A stretch of 63,986 bases of DNA, counting the filler, from Phoronis australis (Eukaryota > Animalia > Phoronida): the NCBI GenBank assembly GCA_002633005.1. It is 5 parts of 5 records of this genome, joined end to end, with 100 filler letters (N's around TTAATTAATTAA, not from the genome) between each part and the next. Parts side by side here need not be neighbours in the genome. Positions count along the whole stretch, not along the records: positions 1 to 24,564 come from NMRA01000622.1; positions 24,665 to 37,111 come from NMRA01001638.1; 3 more parts are not named here. One strand, given 5' to 3'. Position numbers and translations under genes: made by a program. Shown piece by piece: positions 23,928 through 35,951 of this stretch. A model generated the notes under the pieces. It searched no databases and was not told where the DNA came from. It saw only the letters and a program-made list of their open reading frames with translations. How positions within the stretch are numbered: position 1 is the first letter of the stretch; every line of letters begins with the position of its first letter.

Positions 23928-24564
23928 TTGAGCTAGATCAACTTTTCTGGTAACCACTTCAAACTGCCTTGGATACCTACTACGTAATCCACTGTATCAA
24001 AATTGGCCACTGCCAGACAATTTCAGTGGTGGGGACTACCCACCAGACGAACATATACAGGGTACAAAAATTGAGCTAGATCAATCCAAGAGGTAACCGC
24101 TTGAAACCAGTCGCAAAATTTTCACCGTAAGCCCAGGTATCACGAATGAACACTGCCAGACAAATCTAGTGGTGGGTTACCCCCGCCAGACACGCCCAAA
24201 TACCAGAATTGAGCTAGATCAATCCATCAGGTAACCGCTTGAAACCAATTGCACGATGTTCAGCATCACTGAACATGGCATAAAAGTTAGATGCCAGACA
24301 ATTTCTGCGGTGGGGTGCCCTTGCCAGACGATTATCAAAAAGGGCTAAAATTGAGCTAGATCAATCCAAGAGGTAACCGCACGAAACCAGTTGCAAAATA
24401 TTTACCGTAGCCCCGGGTATCACGAATAAGCACTGCCAGACAAATCTAGTGGTGGGTTAGCCCCGCCAGACACGCCCAAATACCCGAGTTGAGGTAGATC
24501 AACCCACCAAGTAACCGTTTGAAACCCTTTGCATAATGCCCAGCAACACTCCACATGCAACAAC
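23928..24564. repeat. ~140-bp tandem repeat with ~280-bp dimeric higher-order structure, running into a gap
   Basis: TTGAG(C/G)TAGATCAA at 23928, 24071, 24209, 24351 and 24489 (periods 143, 138, 142, 138). Units 2 and 4 are near-identical; units 3 and 5 are alike. Confidence 0.88.
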
Positions 24565-25594
24565 NNNNNNNNNNNNNNNNNNNNNNNNNNNNNNNNNNNN
24601 NNNNNNNNTTAATTAATTAANNNNNNNNNNNNNNNNNNNNNNNNNNNNNNNNNNNNNNNNNNNNAGCATGAAACGCAAGCGATCGTGACAAGATCCAGGG
24701 ACAGGGTCACCTGTAATAGAAAAACGGTCACAAAGTTTGCAGTTAGCGAGAACAAGAAAAAAGCACCAGAGACGTAACTGCAACCACTATCACCGCAACC
24801 ATCACCGTAAGAAGAGCCGCCACCTCCATATTATCACACAACGTGCCCATTACAAAACGTAGAAAACGTCATTTTCAAGCCTGAAAATGGGAAGGAACAA
24901 TTACACTTAGACTACACATACATGTAGGTCCTGAAAGACACGCACAGTCAGACAAATCAGTTACGCCTCTAACTACTCAGTTTGCTGTGTGGGAAACCAG
25001 AACAAAATTTTTCAAAGTATAGTCGAGTCAAAGTAAGAAATTAAAATCAAGCAGAAAACTATACATTGTTACAAGATCTAGGAAGTACATGTATGACAAT
25101 GGCACGTTACTAAACATTGCAGGAATCGGTTAAAATGAACAAAGTAGCTGAATCGACGGACCACTTAAGTTTGTTGCAGAGGTGTTTGAAGTACATGTAA
25201 TTATATCATCAAAAGCGTAGATACACTAGATTGTCATCAGACATAGTTCATCTCACTCCTCTTGGTTTTGCTACGTGTAGATTCCTTGAGGACGTACACG
25301 TAGCTAAATTAGAGCTTGAATTTTGGGATATAGGTTTAAACACACAGGTATTCAGGTGCACTGTAGGCTACTTTGTGCTTTCTTAATCACACCACGTGAC
25401 TATTCTGCCTCTTCTCTTACTTCTATTTCTTCATTCCCGGATGTACTTGAAGTCGGAACAGGATCCTGAAGCAGAGACACTATAGTCTTAGTAAACACAT
25501 ACAAGGTGATCATTCATCAGTTACTGAGTCGTCACCATGAAACTTCTCAAGATCACTTACAATACTCAAAGTCCAGTCATTCTACGGATAACCC

Positions 25595-28333
25595 GGAAAT
25601 AATTGCAGCTGAAGGTTTTATTGAATAAATCGTATCCTCGCACACCGCTTTATATGAGAAAAAGAGTCTACCGGAATCAGGGTGGCGGAAGTTGGTTTTT
25701 CAAGATGGCGGACAAAATGGCCGCCAGATTTGCATATGACCATCATAACTCGAGAGTGGAATATGATAGAGTAAAAATCCAAAAAGGTTTACGTATTTTA
25801 TCTGGCTCAACAAATCCATTGGAAATAGTTTTGGATGGCTGCGGTGACACCATCCGTCATTTTCCAAGATGGCCGCCAAAACTACTTCGAGTCGCACAAC
25901 TTCGCACGAAAAGATTAGTTTATCGTCTAGATTCAAACATGGCACCATGGGTTTTCTGGGTCAGTTAATCCATTGAGACTCATTGCGTTTGGCTCTAATG
26001 ATTGTCTCCACCATTTTCTAAAATGGCCACCAAAAAGTTGGTTCGTGTAAGAATTTCAGATTCCAGAGACACGCCAGGGGTATGTTTTGCAAGTTCAGCA
26101 GTTTATAACCACTTGAACAGCTCCTACTAGGCTTCACTTTAGTGATGTTACAGGTGTGTCCAAAGCAGCAATTCTCACTCTGTGATCAAAATCTATACAC
26201 AATCAACAAGTATTCACACAAATAATCTCTTTCAACTGTGAATGAATTGCTGCATCGTATATTACTGCATTCTCCACATACAACCGTCTTGGTCTTGCAC
26301 GAGCATCTTAATATCAACAGCTAGGTTCTCTGGTACTGCTGGCTGGTCACGGGAAAGAGTTTTCCACCTGCCAGCATCCATCCTCAATCCAGCGGGTCTA
26401 GGTCACTGACATGGAAATTTGTTCTTGTCCTCGCAGCATAGAATTTAAGTGCTGAAGCAGTTGGTGGCAATGACTGTATTTGGACTTTGGCTACGCTTGA
26501 CGACACCTTTTCCTCAAATCGCCTGCATTTATAGTAATTTAAATTTACAGAGCCAGTACCGCCATAAAGAGCAAATCTTTTTTCAGCTTCAAATATGTCT
26601 TGTTTCAGCTGCACCAGGTCTGGTGAAAGCTTTTTCGCTGAATTCTCAATCACGCAGTTTCTTGAATGAGAGAGCCTTTCCAATACTGAACAGCCGTGAT
26701 GTTGTATCGTAACCACCTATTGCATGCGCAAATGTCAAAAGCGCGCAAGTTTCGGCACCAAGAGATAAACTATAGTTTCTTGATGTCCCAGACTCTCCTC
26801 TCGTTTTGGTGCCTCTTGTCAAATCATGATTATTAGAAATTGTTCTGAAGTAGCATGGCAATACAAAAAAACCAACAAGTCTGTATCGTCTGCATTGAGG
26901 GTAGTAGGACCTTGTGCTGCATTCTCTACTGCTGTTTCTACAATTAAAACACCTGCGTCACCTTGAGCTTGTACCACTGTGCAACCAGCGTTCCGAGAAG
27001 AAGTGAATGAATCTTTGTTTGTTTTTGCTGTTTGCCAAAAATGTGAACTTTTTTCTTTGACTTGATCACTGTGTCACCATTGAAGTGAAATTTAGTTCCA
27101 ACCACCCCACCAAGTATTCGAACATGGGGGACACCTTTAGTTGATGAACCACCTCCACAACCATCAAAAACAACAGTAAGCTGATTGCATTTATTGACAT
27201 AATCCACATACGGTCTACCAACTGACTGAAATGTTGCACCTCTAGGTCATAGAAAACAGTGAAGGACAGGACCGTGTTTTCTGGAAACTGATAATCCTCA
27301 GGTAGGTCGTGCTCCGCTGGATCAGAGTGCATCAGCTCATCAACTATGGGAAGACCAGATGTATCAAAAAGAGCGCACACAGCTCAAACTTCAAAAGGCT
27401 TGATGAACGTTCACTGTTGTCTTGCAGCTGTCAGTAATCGATGAAATAGCAGTCGTGGATCCACTTGTGTAAAATCACTATTGGCAACATGAACTAGTGG
27501 ACTTGTCATTGCCACGACCTTGTCTTTCTTTCTGAATGTGAAGTCTTTCCCACTCGACCCCTCTATAAAGAAGATAATTACCTTCCCTGCTTCTCTGGCA
27601 TTTCTGGCATTAACGCGTGTACATTCAGTCACAACAGTCTTGCCAGGGTACAATCTTTATGCTGCTCCCTTGTTTTCGCAACTCAAGTTTGCCATACTCT
27701 GCATGGCACCATTAATACTTGAGCATGCATGCCGGCATGGCAAGCAGTCACAGTGCAGGCTGCGTATCTCCTATTCTACTGTAGATTGTAAAATGTTTTT
27801 GGGTAAATATTTATCAGGTTACAAACAAAGTTTGCAGAATGCACACGCGGTAAATTAGAGTTATTTGTGAGTTGGCGACCATTTTGTCAGGCATCCTGAT
27901 TTTTTCTCTTCAGTCAGTGACCAACTGTCTAACTTACAAATGCATAGAAATTTTGCCATTTTCATATGAAAATAAATTTTGCAACATATACCAAATTGCC
28001 CTTGCGGCCGCCATTTTGTCGGCCATGTTGGTTTTATTTTACGGAAAATTGGCATCTTTCGATTGGTATGCTTGTTATGAAAAATATATAACCGATGACA
28101 AGCTTTATTATGTTATTTCCAGCTGTTGAATAAGAGAAATATGCCAAAAAGCAGTAAACACCGGTTTTGGCGGCCATTTTTCCGCCATCTTCAAAAACCG
28201 ACTTCCGCCACTCCAATTTTGGTAGACTTTTTTCTGTCACCAAGGAATGTTTGAAGATGCCATTTATGCAAACAAACTTCTGTTGCAATTTTTTCTAGGC
28301 TGGGCTCTCTTGAGCCCTAGACTTACTACACTA
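25595..28333 (-). mobile_element. Internally deleted, decayed AcademX-type DNA transposon (family 1)
   Basis: Long imperfect TIRs (~25595-25730 vs ~28165-28295); right end ...CTTACTACACTA (5'-TAG terminus); left terminus eroded. Minus-strand remnants: DPRLLFHRLL, ALFD, VVFDG..SSTK, ADDTDLL, HAIGGYDTTSRLFSIGK, LPPTASALKFY, RCSCK..CGECS..CSN. Confidence 0.8.
26240..27660 (-). pseudogene. Academ transposase C-terminal half (XPG/FEN1-like nuclease plus Cys-rich finger), multiply frameshifted
   Basis: Collinear motifs spread over ORF fragments 27411-27653, 27066-27380, 26944-27207 and 26384-26861, matching the motif order of 46613-47660. Confidence 0.75.
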
Positions 28334-28518
28334 TCAGGGTTTATCTGAAAATCAGATGTTGCTTCGAGAATGTTTCTTATCATGTGTTAATTTGCAGTAC
28401 ACTTTGTACACAACTAGAAATAAAATATTCCATAATAATTACATGAAAAATACATATTGACATTTGCAATTTTAAATCAATACGGTCACAATATTGTAGT
28501 GGTTCTTACCACTACAAG

Positions 28519-29315
28519 GAATTGTTCTAAAATCCCCTCGACCCCCCAATCCCACGACCCTCTCGACCCACGAACCCCTCGACGCAGTCTACACAAGCTC
28601 GACTCGATCTGAACATAGAACTAGTGCTAACTTACAAGACCAAAGAGTCGGGCTGTGAGCTCGGCTGGCTTTTTGTTGAGAGAGTCGAATCGGCAAGTTT
28701 GAAAGCCAAAAACAGAAAAAAAACAAACGGGGCCAAATCAAATCAAAGACCTACCAATGTTCCAAAAGTCGTTCCCGGCAAAGTGTAAACGTCTCGTCTG
28801 CTCTTTAGTGGATGTCGGATTCAAGCATTTTTGGTAGAGAGCGTTGAACCGTCGAATATGTAATTTCTTCAGTAAATACAGTTTGAGAAAAAACAAACCC
28901 TTAACTAAAATGTATCTCAATGTTACATGGACTATATTGTAAACGAGTACACAACAGAACGCAAATAATAAAAACGTGTAATTATGTACATTCACGTTAA
29001 CACTCTTTCTCCCTAAATTTGGTAGAACAGGGCCATTAGTAGCTGCTCGTGGAACTATTTCCATGACAACGACAGCTCAATTACTGTCCGCTGTTTCAGG
29101 TCCTGTTCTAACGCAACTTTCTGTTTCTAACCACCAGACTTGAGCCAGCGCAGATTCGCGTGTAGGTAAGTCTCATAGGAAAGCCATTCAGCGACGTTAT
29201 ATGATTATGAAATGCGTAAAAAGCGAAAAGATATATCTGCCGCAGATCGAGGGGTTTACGGGTTGAGGGGGTCGTGAGGTGTGAAGGTATGGGTGGGGTG
29301 AGTTTAGAACAATCC
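28519..29315. mobile_element. Non-autonomous TIR element (~800 bp, Mutator-like ends)
   Basis: G(A/G)ATTGTTCTAAA..CACGACCC.CTC.ACCC..AACCCCTCGA is mirrored at both ends (~70 bp). Flanks CACTACAAG and GGTTACAAG match 6/9, a possible old 9-bp TSD. Confidence 0.65.
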
Positions 29316-32179
29316 GGTTACAAGTCATAACGTTCAACAAGAAGCTACTATACATTTGAAATGTAACTGGACGGGTATCGACAGACTCTGCAAGATTCTT
29401 CCAAACTAGAGTTTTTTGGCAGTTTGCTCGAACCTTTGTTGCAATACAGTAACATTTTTGCGCAAGTTTGTCCGAGTTTGATTTCACGTCATCTCGTGTA
29501 GCCGCTAAATAATTGTGTAGAAACGGAGGAGATCTTGTCGGGTGAGTTGAGGCATACAAAGAGTCCACTCACCCCCAATGACGCCGCTTTTTGTGACACA
29601 ACTCGTGCTAGGCACCGCCACGCACGCTGGTCGACGTTCGTACATTTGCTGATGTAAGACATGGACTCTTCTTCAACCTTTGTTATTACTCTTATTTTGG
29701 TGCAGAGCAGTTTGTGAGAACCTGATTCCAGTACACTTTATAAACAATGGAACTTATATAAATCATTGGGGTACTTGTACTTGTAGTTTTGATGTTGAAA
29801 ACCGAAATTTCTGAGCTTAGGCGAGCTGAGCCTATCAATGTGAGGTACCGGAGCTTTGTTTCAGACTGAGTTCAATAAAAGTGCTTTTTATTGAAGTATT
29901 TGATTGTGTTTTACCATGTTGTTGACATACAAATTAGGAGTATTTGGTTTCAGGCAGGAAAGATGTTGTCGACTAGACTGTGTATTATGTGTTAATATTT
30001 TCGTAACTTTCATTTCATTTTCATTTTATGCAACTTTTGGATTCTTCCAGGCAACAGTAGAACAATTCCTAACTACGTATTTGGAACAGTGCAACAGGTA
30101 TAGTGTCTTAAAGTTGCCTGTGAGTCCGATCAGTCATGAATGAGATGTCCTGTTCCGAAGGTATCCAAATTCGGTCAGTTTTGTAGGGTCACAAATGTAC
30201 ATAACCTTATGCGTCTTTCAGTTAATATAAATGCTGTTAAATATGCTGTTAAAACAGCATTCTTTCAAAAAACAAGTTTTGATACACACCATTTACCGGT
30301 TATGAAATTTGTCTCAAATTGCTCCTAAGTCAAAGTGCTTATTTGCTTTCTGTTATTGGAAAGAGTTGACGGTTCGTTATTTCGACAAGAAAAGATCATC
30401 AAATTCCATGTTAAGGCGTGAGCTTCATTTGACCATGTAACCAACTCTCAGATCTTCCCAAATCCTGAGACCATTTCTAGCAAGAAACAAGGCAAGTTAA
30501 ATTTTTAACGGCCAGTGGCCAAAGCAATTTTTCACAAAATCACGGGTTGAAGGACGTTTTTACAAAATGTTGGGGCACAGAAGTTTATTTTTAGATAGAA
30601 GGTTGGAAAATTTTTTAACAACCATGACAAGTTATCTATATCACCACGACTCAAGACTCAGTCATGAACACTGCATCGGTGTAACCCACGTCCAAATTGT
30701 TTAATAAAGGGTGATCTCAGGTTACTTTAACAAGGCGCACTCAGAATTCTGAAAAGCGGTAACATGACCATGTTTCTAACGCGAACACCGCGCATTGCCA
30801 TATGATCTACATGTATGCAGGGAACTACGTCAAAGTCTTACCTGCCAATAATATTCACTATCCTCTAACCCAGTCATGATGAATGAAGAGATTATACAAA
30901 GTTCACATATTTCATTTTTTGTTATTCCAATTTCATTTCACCCCAGTCTGATTCTTCAAGTAAGGTCTGACAGCGGACTTAAGCAAGAGAGTTGGTGACC
31001 AGTAGGAGTGAGATCAATAATTTCAGAACAATGACCGTCAATAAATGTCCTATATTTAGAGTTGCAAGCGTCTTTCACATTTCAAAGTGGATGGAAACCC
31101 AAGTGAAAAGGGATTAAAACAATAATATTACGTTGAATCAATGAATGATCGATTTGAGCAGACACATGCAGAATTTCAACGACGAGTACTTAAATTCCTT
31201 ACATGTAAATGTAATGATTTCCAACGGCTTTGTTTGTTGACTGGGGGAGTAGTCATAATATAGAACGATAATCGAATGTTCGTTGTTTAGGCAGAGCCGT
31301 TGTTTTCAAGTCTTAACAACGTGAGTGGAGACATTCTTTGTACCGCACGCGTTCAATAAGTTTAGTGCGATACGGCCATGCGGTATTGTTTTTTGCACAG
31401 CACTCCCGGGACTACTTTAACAATACCCTCAGACATGGTAGGTCAATGTCTACATGTACTTTATGTCCTTAGCCGGCTCGATCATCAAACGTTCCCAAAA
31501 TAGCTTAAAGTAATAAAATTGCAGCAGTAGAAATAATAGTCAACGTGGTAATATTTAATTGTGTAACACTTCTGTCTCAGTTTTATTTGCTAAATATCCA
31601 TCTGCAACTTACGCGACGATTCCTCGATAACTGCAGTACTGACCAATATCATTACGTGAGCAATCTGGTGAAGTATTTTAAAAATTGGCCGAAAAATAAA
31701 AATAACTAAGACTTCGAAGCGTATGGGATAAACGTAATTTGGTCATGGTCTATACGCGGAATAATGTCTCGTGGGATGGTGTTTCATCTACGCCACTCTC
31801 TGCGCGTTTTGTCTATGAATTCAAATAAATTAATTCTTTGGCCAAGTAGTGATATGACTTCCTCATTTTTTTGTTAATCAAGTCAAAACCAGTTATTTTT
31901 CTTACCCCTCGACGACAAGTTACTTTATGCAAAATACATGTAAATTTATTTTACCGCAATCCAGATTTATAATATTTATCGCCAAATGTTGCGGCCTTTA
32001 GAATTTACAAACAGATATGAGTAATTCTAGACTACTCTTCACTGATTACATTCTTATGAAAGTAATTATTTTCTAGACTCTTGGAAAAACTTCGAAAATA
32101 CTCAGCTGTACGTTTTGCACGCAAAGACATTTGTTATATCTTTTAACAAAATAATCAACTTTGCATCTCGGGCTAAACC

Positions 32180-32475
32180 GTATTGCAGCCAAGGGTTTCA
32201 CACTGTAGTGTGGGCGGTATTGCAGCCAAGAGTTTCACACTGTAGTGTGGGTGGTATTGCAGCCAAGGGTTTCACACTGTAGTGTGGGCGGTATTGCAGC
32301 CAAGGGTTTCTCAGTGTAGTTTAGGCGGTATTGCAGCCAAGAGTTTCACACTGTAGTGTGGGCGGTATTGCAGCCAAGGGTTTCACAGTGTAGTTTAGGC
32401 AGTATTGCAGCCAAGGGTTTCACAGTGTAGTTTAGGCGGTATTGCAGCCAAGAGTTTCACACTGTAGTGTGGGCG
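32180..32475. repeat. Minisatellite, 8 x 37 bp
   Basis: Unit GTATTGCAGCCAAG(G/A)GTTTCACACTGTAGTGTGGGCG, with a variant ending CACAGTGTAGTTTAGGCG. Confidence 0.95.
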
Positions 32476-34277
32476 GTTGATACATAAGATACCAATGGAA
32501 AATGGTTGTCACAGTATGTGATTCCACAATGCGCTGCTTGCTCTACTGCTCGACATACATGTATGTAATCAATGGATTTTTACAGAAATACCTCAAATTA
32601 AAATTTGAAACTTTTTAATAAATAAGATATACGTTATCACTTGGGACAAGAAGATAATATATTAATAAATGAAAGTATTCACGAAATATTCTCCTAGTTT
32701 CGAACTCTTAGCCCCATGAATGGGCTTTCAAGCTCTTCCTTAATACAAGTGCATGCTTGGAGAGTAGTCAACTTTGTCACGGAGGATTTTAGAAAACCTT
32801 CCACACGTCCCAACCACTGCAAAATCTCATTCTCAAGCAGAGAATACATCCGGTCAGGGCTGTGGCGACCAACGGCAGTTTTAAATTTAAGATGACTGAA
32901 TGCGTCTCTTTGACTTTGTGAAGACTGACAGGGACAGGCTATAGCCCAGCAACTGCATTTACTTTCGACCCAGCCGTGCGCGTGGTTCCGCTGGGTGATG
33001 CTGAGGCGCAGAGGTCCTAAACTTTTCAGTCACGCTGTGAAATGAAGCGATCTTGACATGGAATTGATGCATGTATCGTGGTTAACAACAGGCTCTTCCC
33101 GGTTTACACGGCAATAGAGCTTCTCGTTTGTCCTGGAGATAAAAAAGCGCGCGACCTACTTTTATAAATCAGAGACATTTTCGTGTACGTCTCTCACTGA
33201 CTGTCGGGAAGACGAATAATTTCAGATCACGCATCCACGAGTATTCGTCCTGTTTAGCAAACTTTATTACGTCGGAGTTGCAGCCCACAGCTCATCACTA
33301 GTGCATGTACTTCGCATTGGAGGGACGAATAGAGTAATGCAACCAAGAAAAACTTGTAAAGAATAGGTCAACAACAATTAAATAACATGTGACTTTGCAG
33401 AGACACGAAAACGCGGCAGCACTGAATGTGCCTGACGGATGTTTTCGTCATGGCAGGTAAATACAGTCATATTTGCGTGTCGCTGTGTAATCCGGACGGC
33501 CCTATTCATCAATAATACTTCTTCATATGCTTTTAAAAATGCAAGTACGTACTCGTTTATCCGTATTCGTAAGACATTTGGGCAATTTCGCATGCACACG
33601 AAATACGGAAGTTTGTATACGTACACCACTCCGTGCATCTAATTACCGAGCTATCGTTTATTTTGCATGTAAAATAATAATAATTACAGTGGAGTCAGAA
33701 ATTTTAGATATATTCGGATTAACAAACCTTCAAAATACTGCATCTTCCGAATAGCTGTTCCCATTTCCACCGATGTAAGCCACTTGAGTAACACGCAAAA
33801 TACAACCAGATAAAAATTCAAGTCATTCTCCCACTAAATATTTCCGTCTGAGTATGCAATGATGTGTAATCATTCTTTTAATAACGCTTGGTTTGGAAGT
33901 TTGGTTGAGGATAACGCCAGAAAGTTCTCTTTCTGGACCACTACATCCGAATTTGACTCGTTCTTTGCGAGCAACTGTCACAGCATTCTCACTTCTGGTA
34001 TTACAAATTCCGTTTTAGCTCAGGAACATAGAGTTGACAGTCATGGTTGTGTATACAGATTTCCCTTCCTCCAAATAAAACTGCGTCGAGGGCCTTACCG
34101 AAAACTATATGGTCCGTAGGTCTAGAAATTCTAACCACCCCGCGCAATGCTGGCTACGTGCCTGCCATGTAACCTTGCTTTTTCGGGAACTTTTAGCAAC
34201 AAAAGATAGATACAGTACATGTACACTCAAAGAAAGAAAGCAAGATCACTAATACGACCAAACTTTGCTTGGTTTAA

Positions 34278-35951
34278 AGGAGCATGCCACCCAAAAAACA
34301 ACCAAATTTGTATCAATTTAGATCGAGTAGTTCTACTCCATAAGGGCACGTACGGTTACGTTACCTGACACCTGACGGCAGACGGAGGTGTTTAAATCAT
34401 CCAGTGACGTAATTGGTTTCACACGCAGTCTGTTCAGCAGTTCACAAAACGGGTTACTGGTGTCAGCTTATTGCTTGAATTCATCGTTTAACACCAATAA
34501 ATCATCAAACTTCAATGTATATCCCTTAAAAATACACCGAATACTTATAAAAAAGTGTTGTTTTATTTCGCTGTTACGGATTTATTGTTGTTTTGACACA
34601 CCGTAGCCTTCGGCAGGCTAATAAGGTCCGTAGCGGGAGTTTGGGGCTTGTTCGGATATAAATTCTAAGTATTTTTCCTTGAGATACTGACAGGAGAACT
34701 TAGATCTGTGTTGTTTAGACTTGTTATTTTTTGAGTTCTAAACACAAAAAACGATTGTTATCCTGGCCAGTGGCTCGGAGCCCGATCAGTCCCGTCGCGG
34801 CCGGCGGGACCACTCGTTATCCCGGCCAAAAGTGGCTCGGAAGCCGACCAGACATCACGAACATAAACCATCCAAGGTTGGAAACTAAATTTCCAGTCAA
34901 GAAATACTAGTGAGCCAAAGACGTAAAGTGCACGTGATTATTTTTGTGAATTGTCCACGAAACTGCAAATCTACTTACTCGTCGGGAGCCGCGAAGTCAG
35001 GTTCCGCTTTGGCCACAGAACCGTCACGGCAGAAGTTTTCCATTTACAATCATCATTTGAATAATGTAAATTTAAATAAAGATTCCCTAACACCTGGACG
35101 TGGTATAGGAATCGAATTGTTTCACAACAGTTTCTGTCAGCAAACACTGAATAAGCATGAGCTCACACGGCCTCGGTGCCCCGTCAATTAGTTTTATTAC
35201 ACATAAAGCCGTCAACGCAGTAATTTATTCATTGCTGGCTTCTCAAATCATTTGCACTCACGAACGCTCCAAGGGCATTCCAAATTGCATCTAATGAGAC
35301 ACACTTTGTTTCAGTGTTATATAAGTATTGGTATAAGGGAGAGAATAACTCATTTTGAAACAGAACGCTAAGTAATAAACGTCAACACCGACAGCAACTC
35401 GCAATCCCGACTTAGACGAGAGCTCATCCCAACGAAGACATCGCAGGTGGATCGTTAAGTTTCACAGGCTAGCAGTTCGAACAGGAATACAGCGATGAAA
35501 AAATACTAAGGAGGCGCCGTGAACAAGCTCAGACAATGGAACGTATTGGATAGTTATTTAGTAAGCCGGAATTCGTCAGGCACTGTCCCGCGACTACTGC
35601 AGGCCACAGACACGGAGATGTTTCACGGCCTCATAATTGCTATTTGCAGCGTACTTTTAATTCTTCACTACTGCGAGCCACTTCCTAAGCATTTCGGACT
35701 CTCAACGAAGTCGAAAAATGATATACCCGCTTTCCTCGCAGCTGCATCGTTCGGGCATAGCGGAACGATGCACCGCAACATAGCGGCATTAACTCTGCAA
35801 ATGAACCACTGATCGCTTCGTCGTTTCTCACCTTACTCACAGGTTAACGCGACATCTCTCGGCAAGGTAAGGTCGACCGCCTGCAAGGCGATGTGGAAAA
35901 AGACCGATTAACACGGCAAAAAAGACTAATTAAATCTGGTGGCATTCTCCT
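34278..35951 (-). mobile_element. Non-autonomous Kolobok-like DNA transposon with TTAA TSD and THAP remnant
   Basis: TTAA|AGGAGCATGCCACC ... GGTGGCATTCTCCT|TTAA (13/14 TIR). Minus-strand frameshifted THAP at 35781-35594: MLRCIVPLCPN..GISFF..RKWLAVVKN..HLRVCGL. Confidence 0.82.

Noticed and set aside
23928-24564. CRISPR-like repeat/spacer appearance (also the arrays at 32180, 41479, 55510 and 56336)
   Set aside because: The linkers are homologous to each other rather than unique, there are no cas genes, and the context is a spliceosomal-intron eukaryote.
24565-24664. TTAATTAATTAA centred in 100-bp N gaps (also 37112-37211, 55298-55397, 61216-61315)
   Set aside because: The word and geometry are identical in four gaps and give stops in all six frames: an artificial scaffolding spacer, not biology.
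28738-29100. Possible THAP remnant inside the TIR element (and at 33378-33638)
   Set aside because: Only scattered residues match; the C-x-C/W/C-x-x-HF pattern cannot be assembled convincingly.
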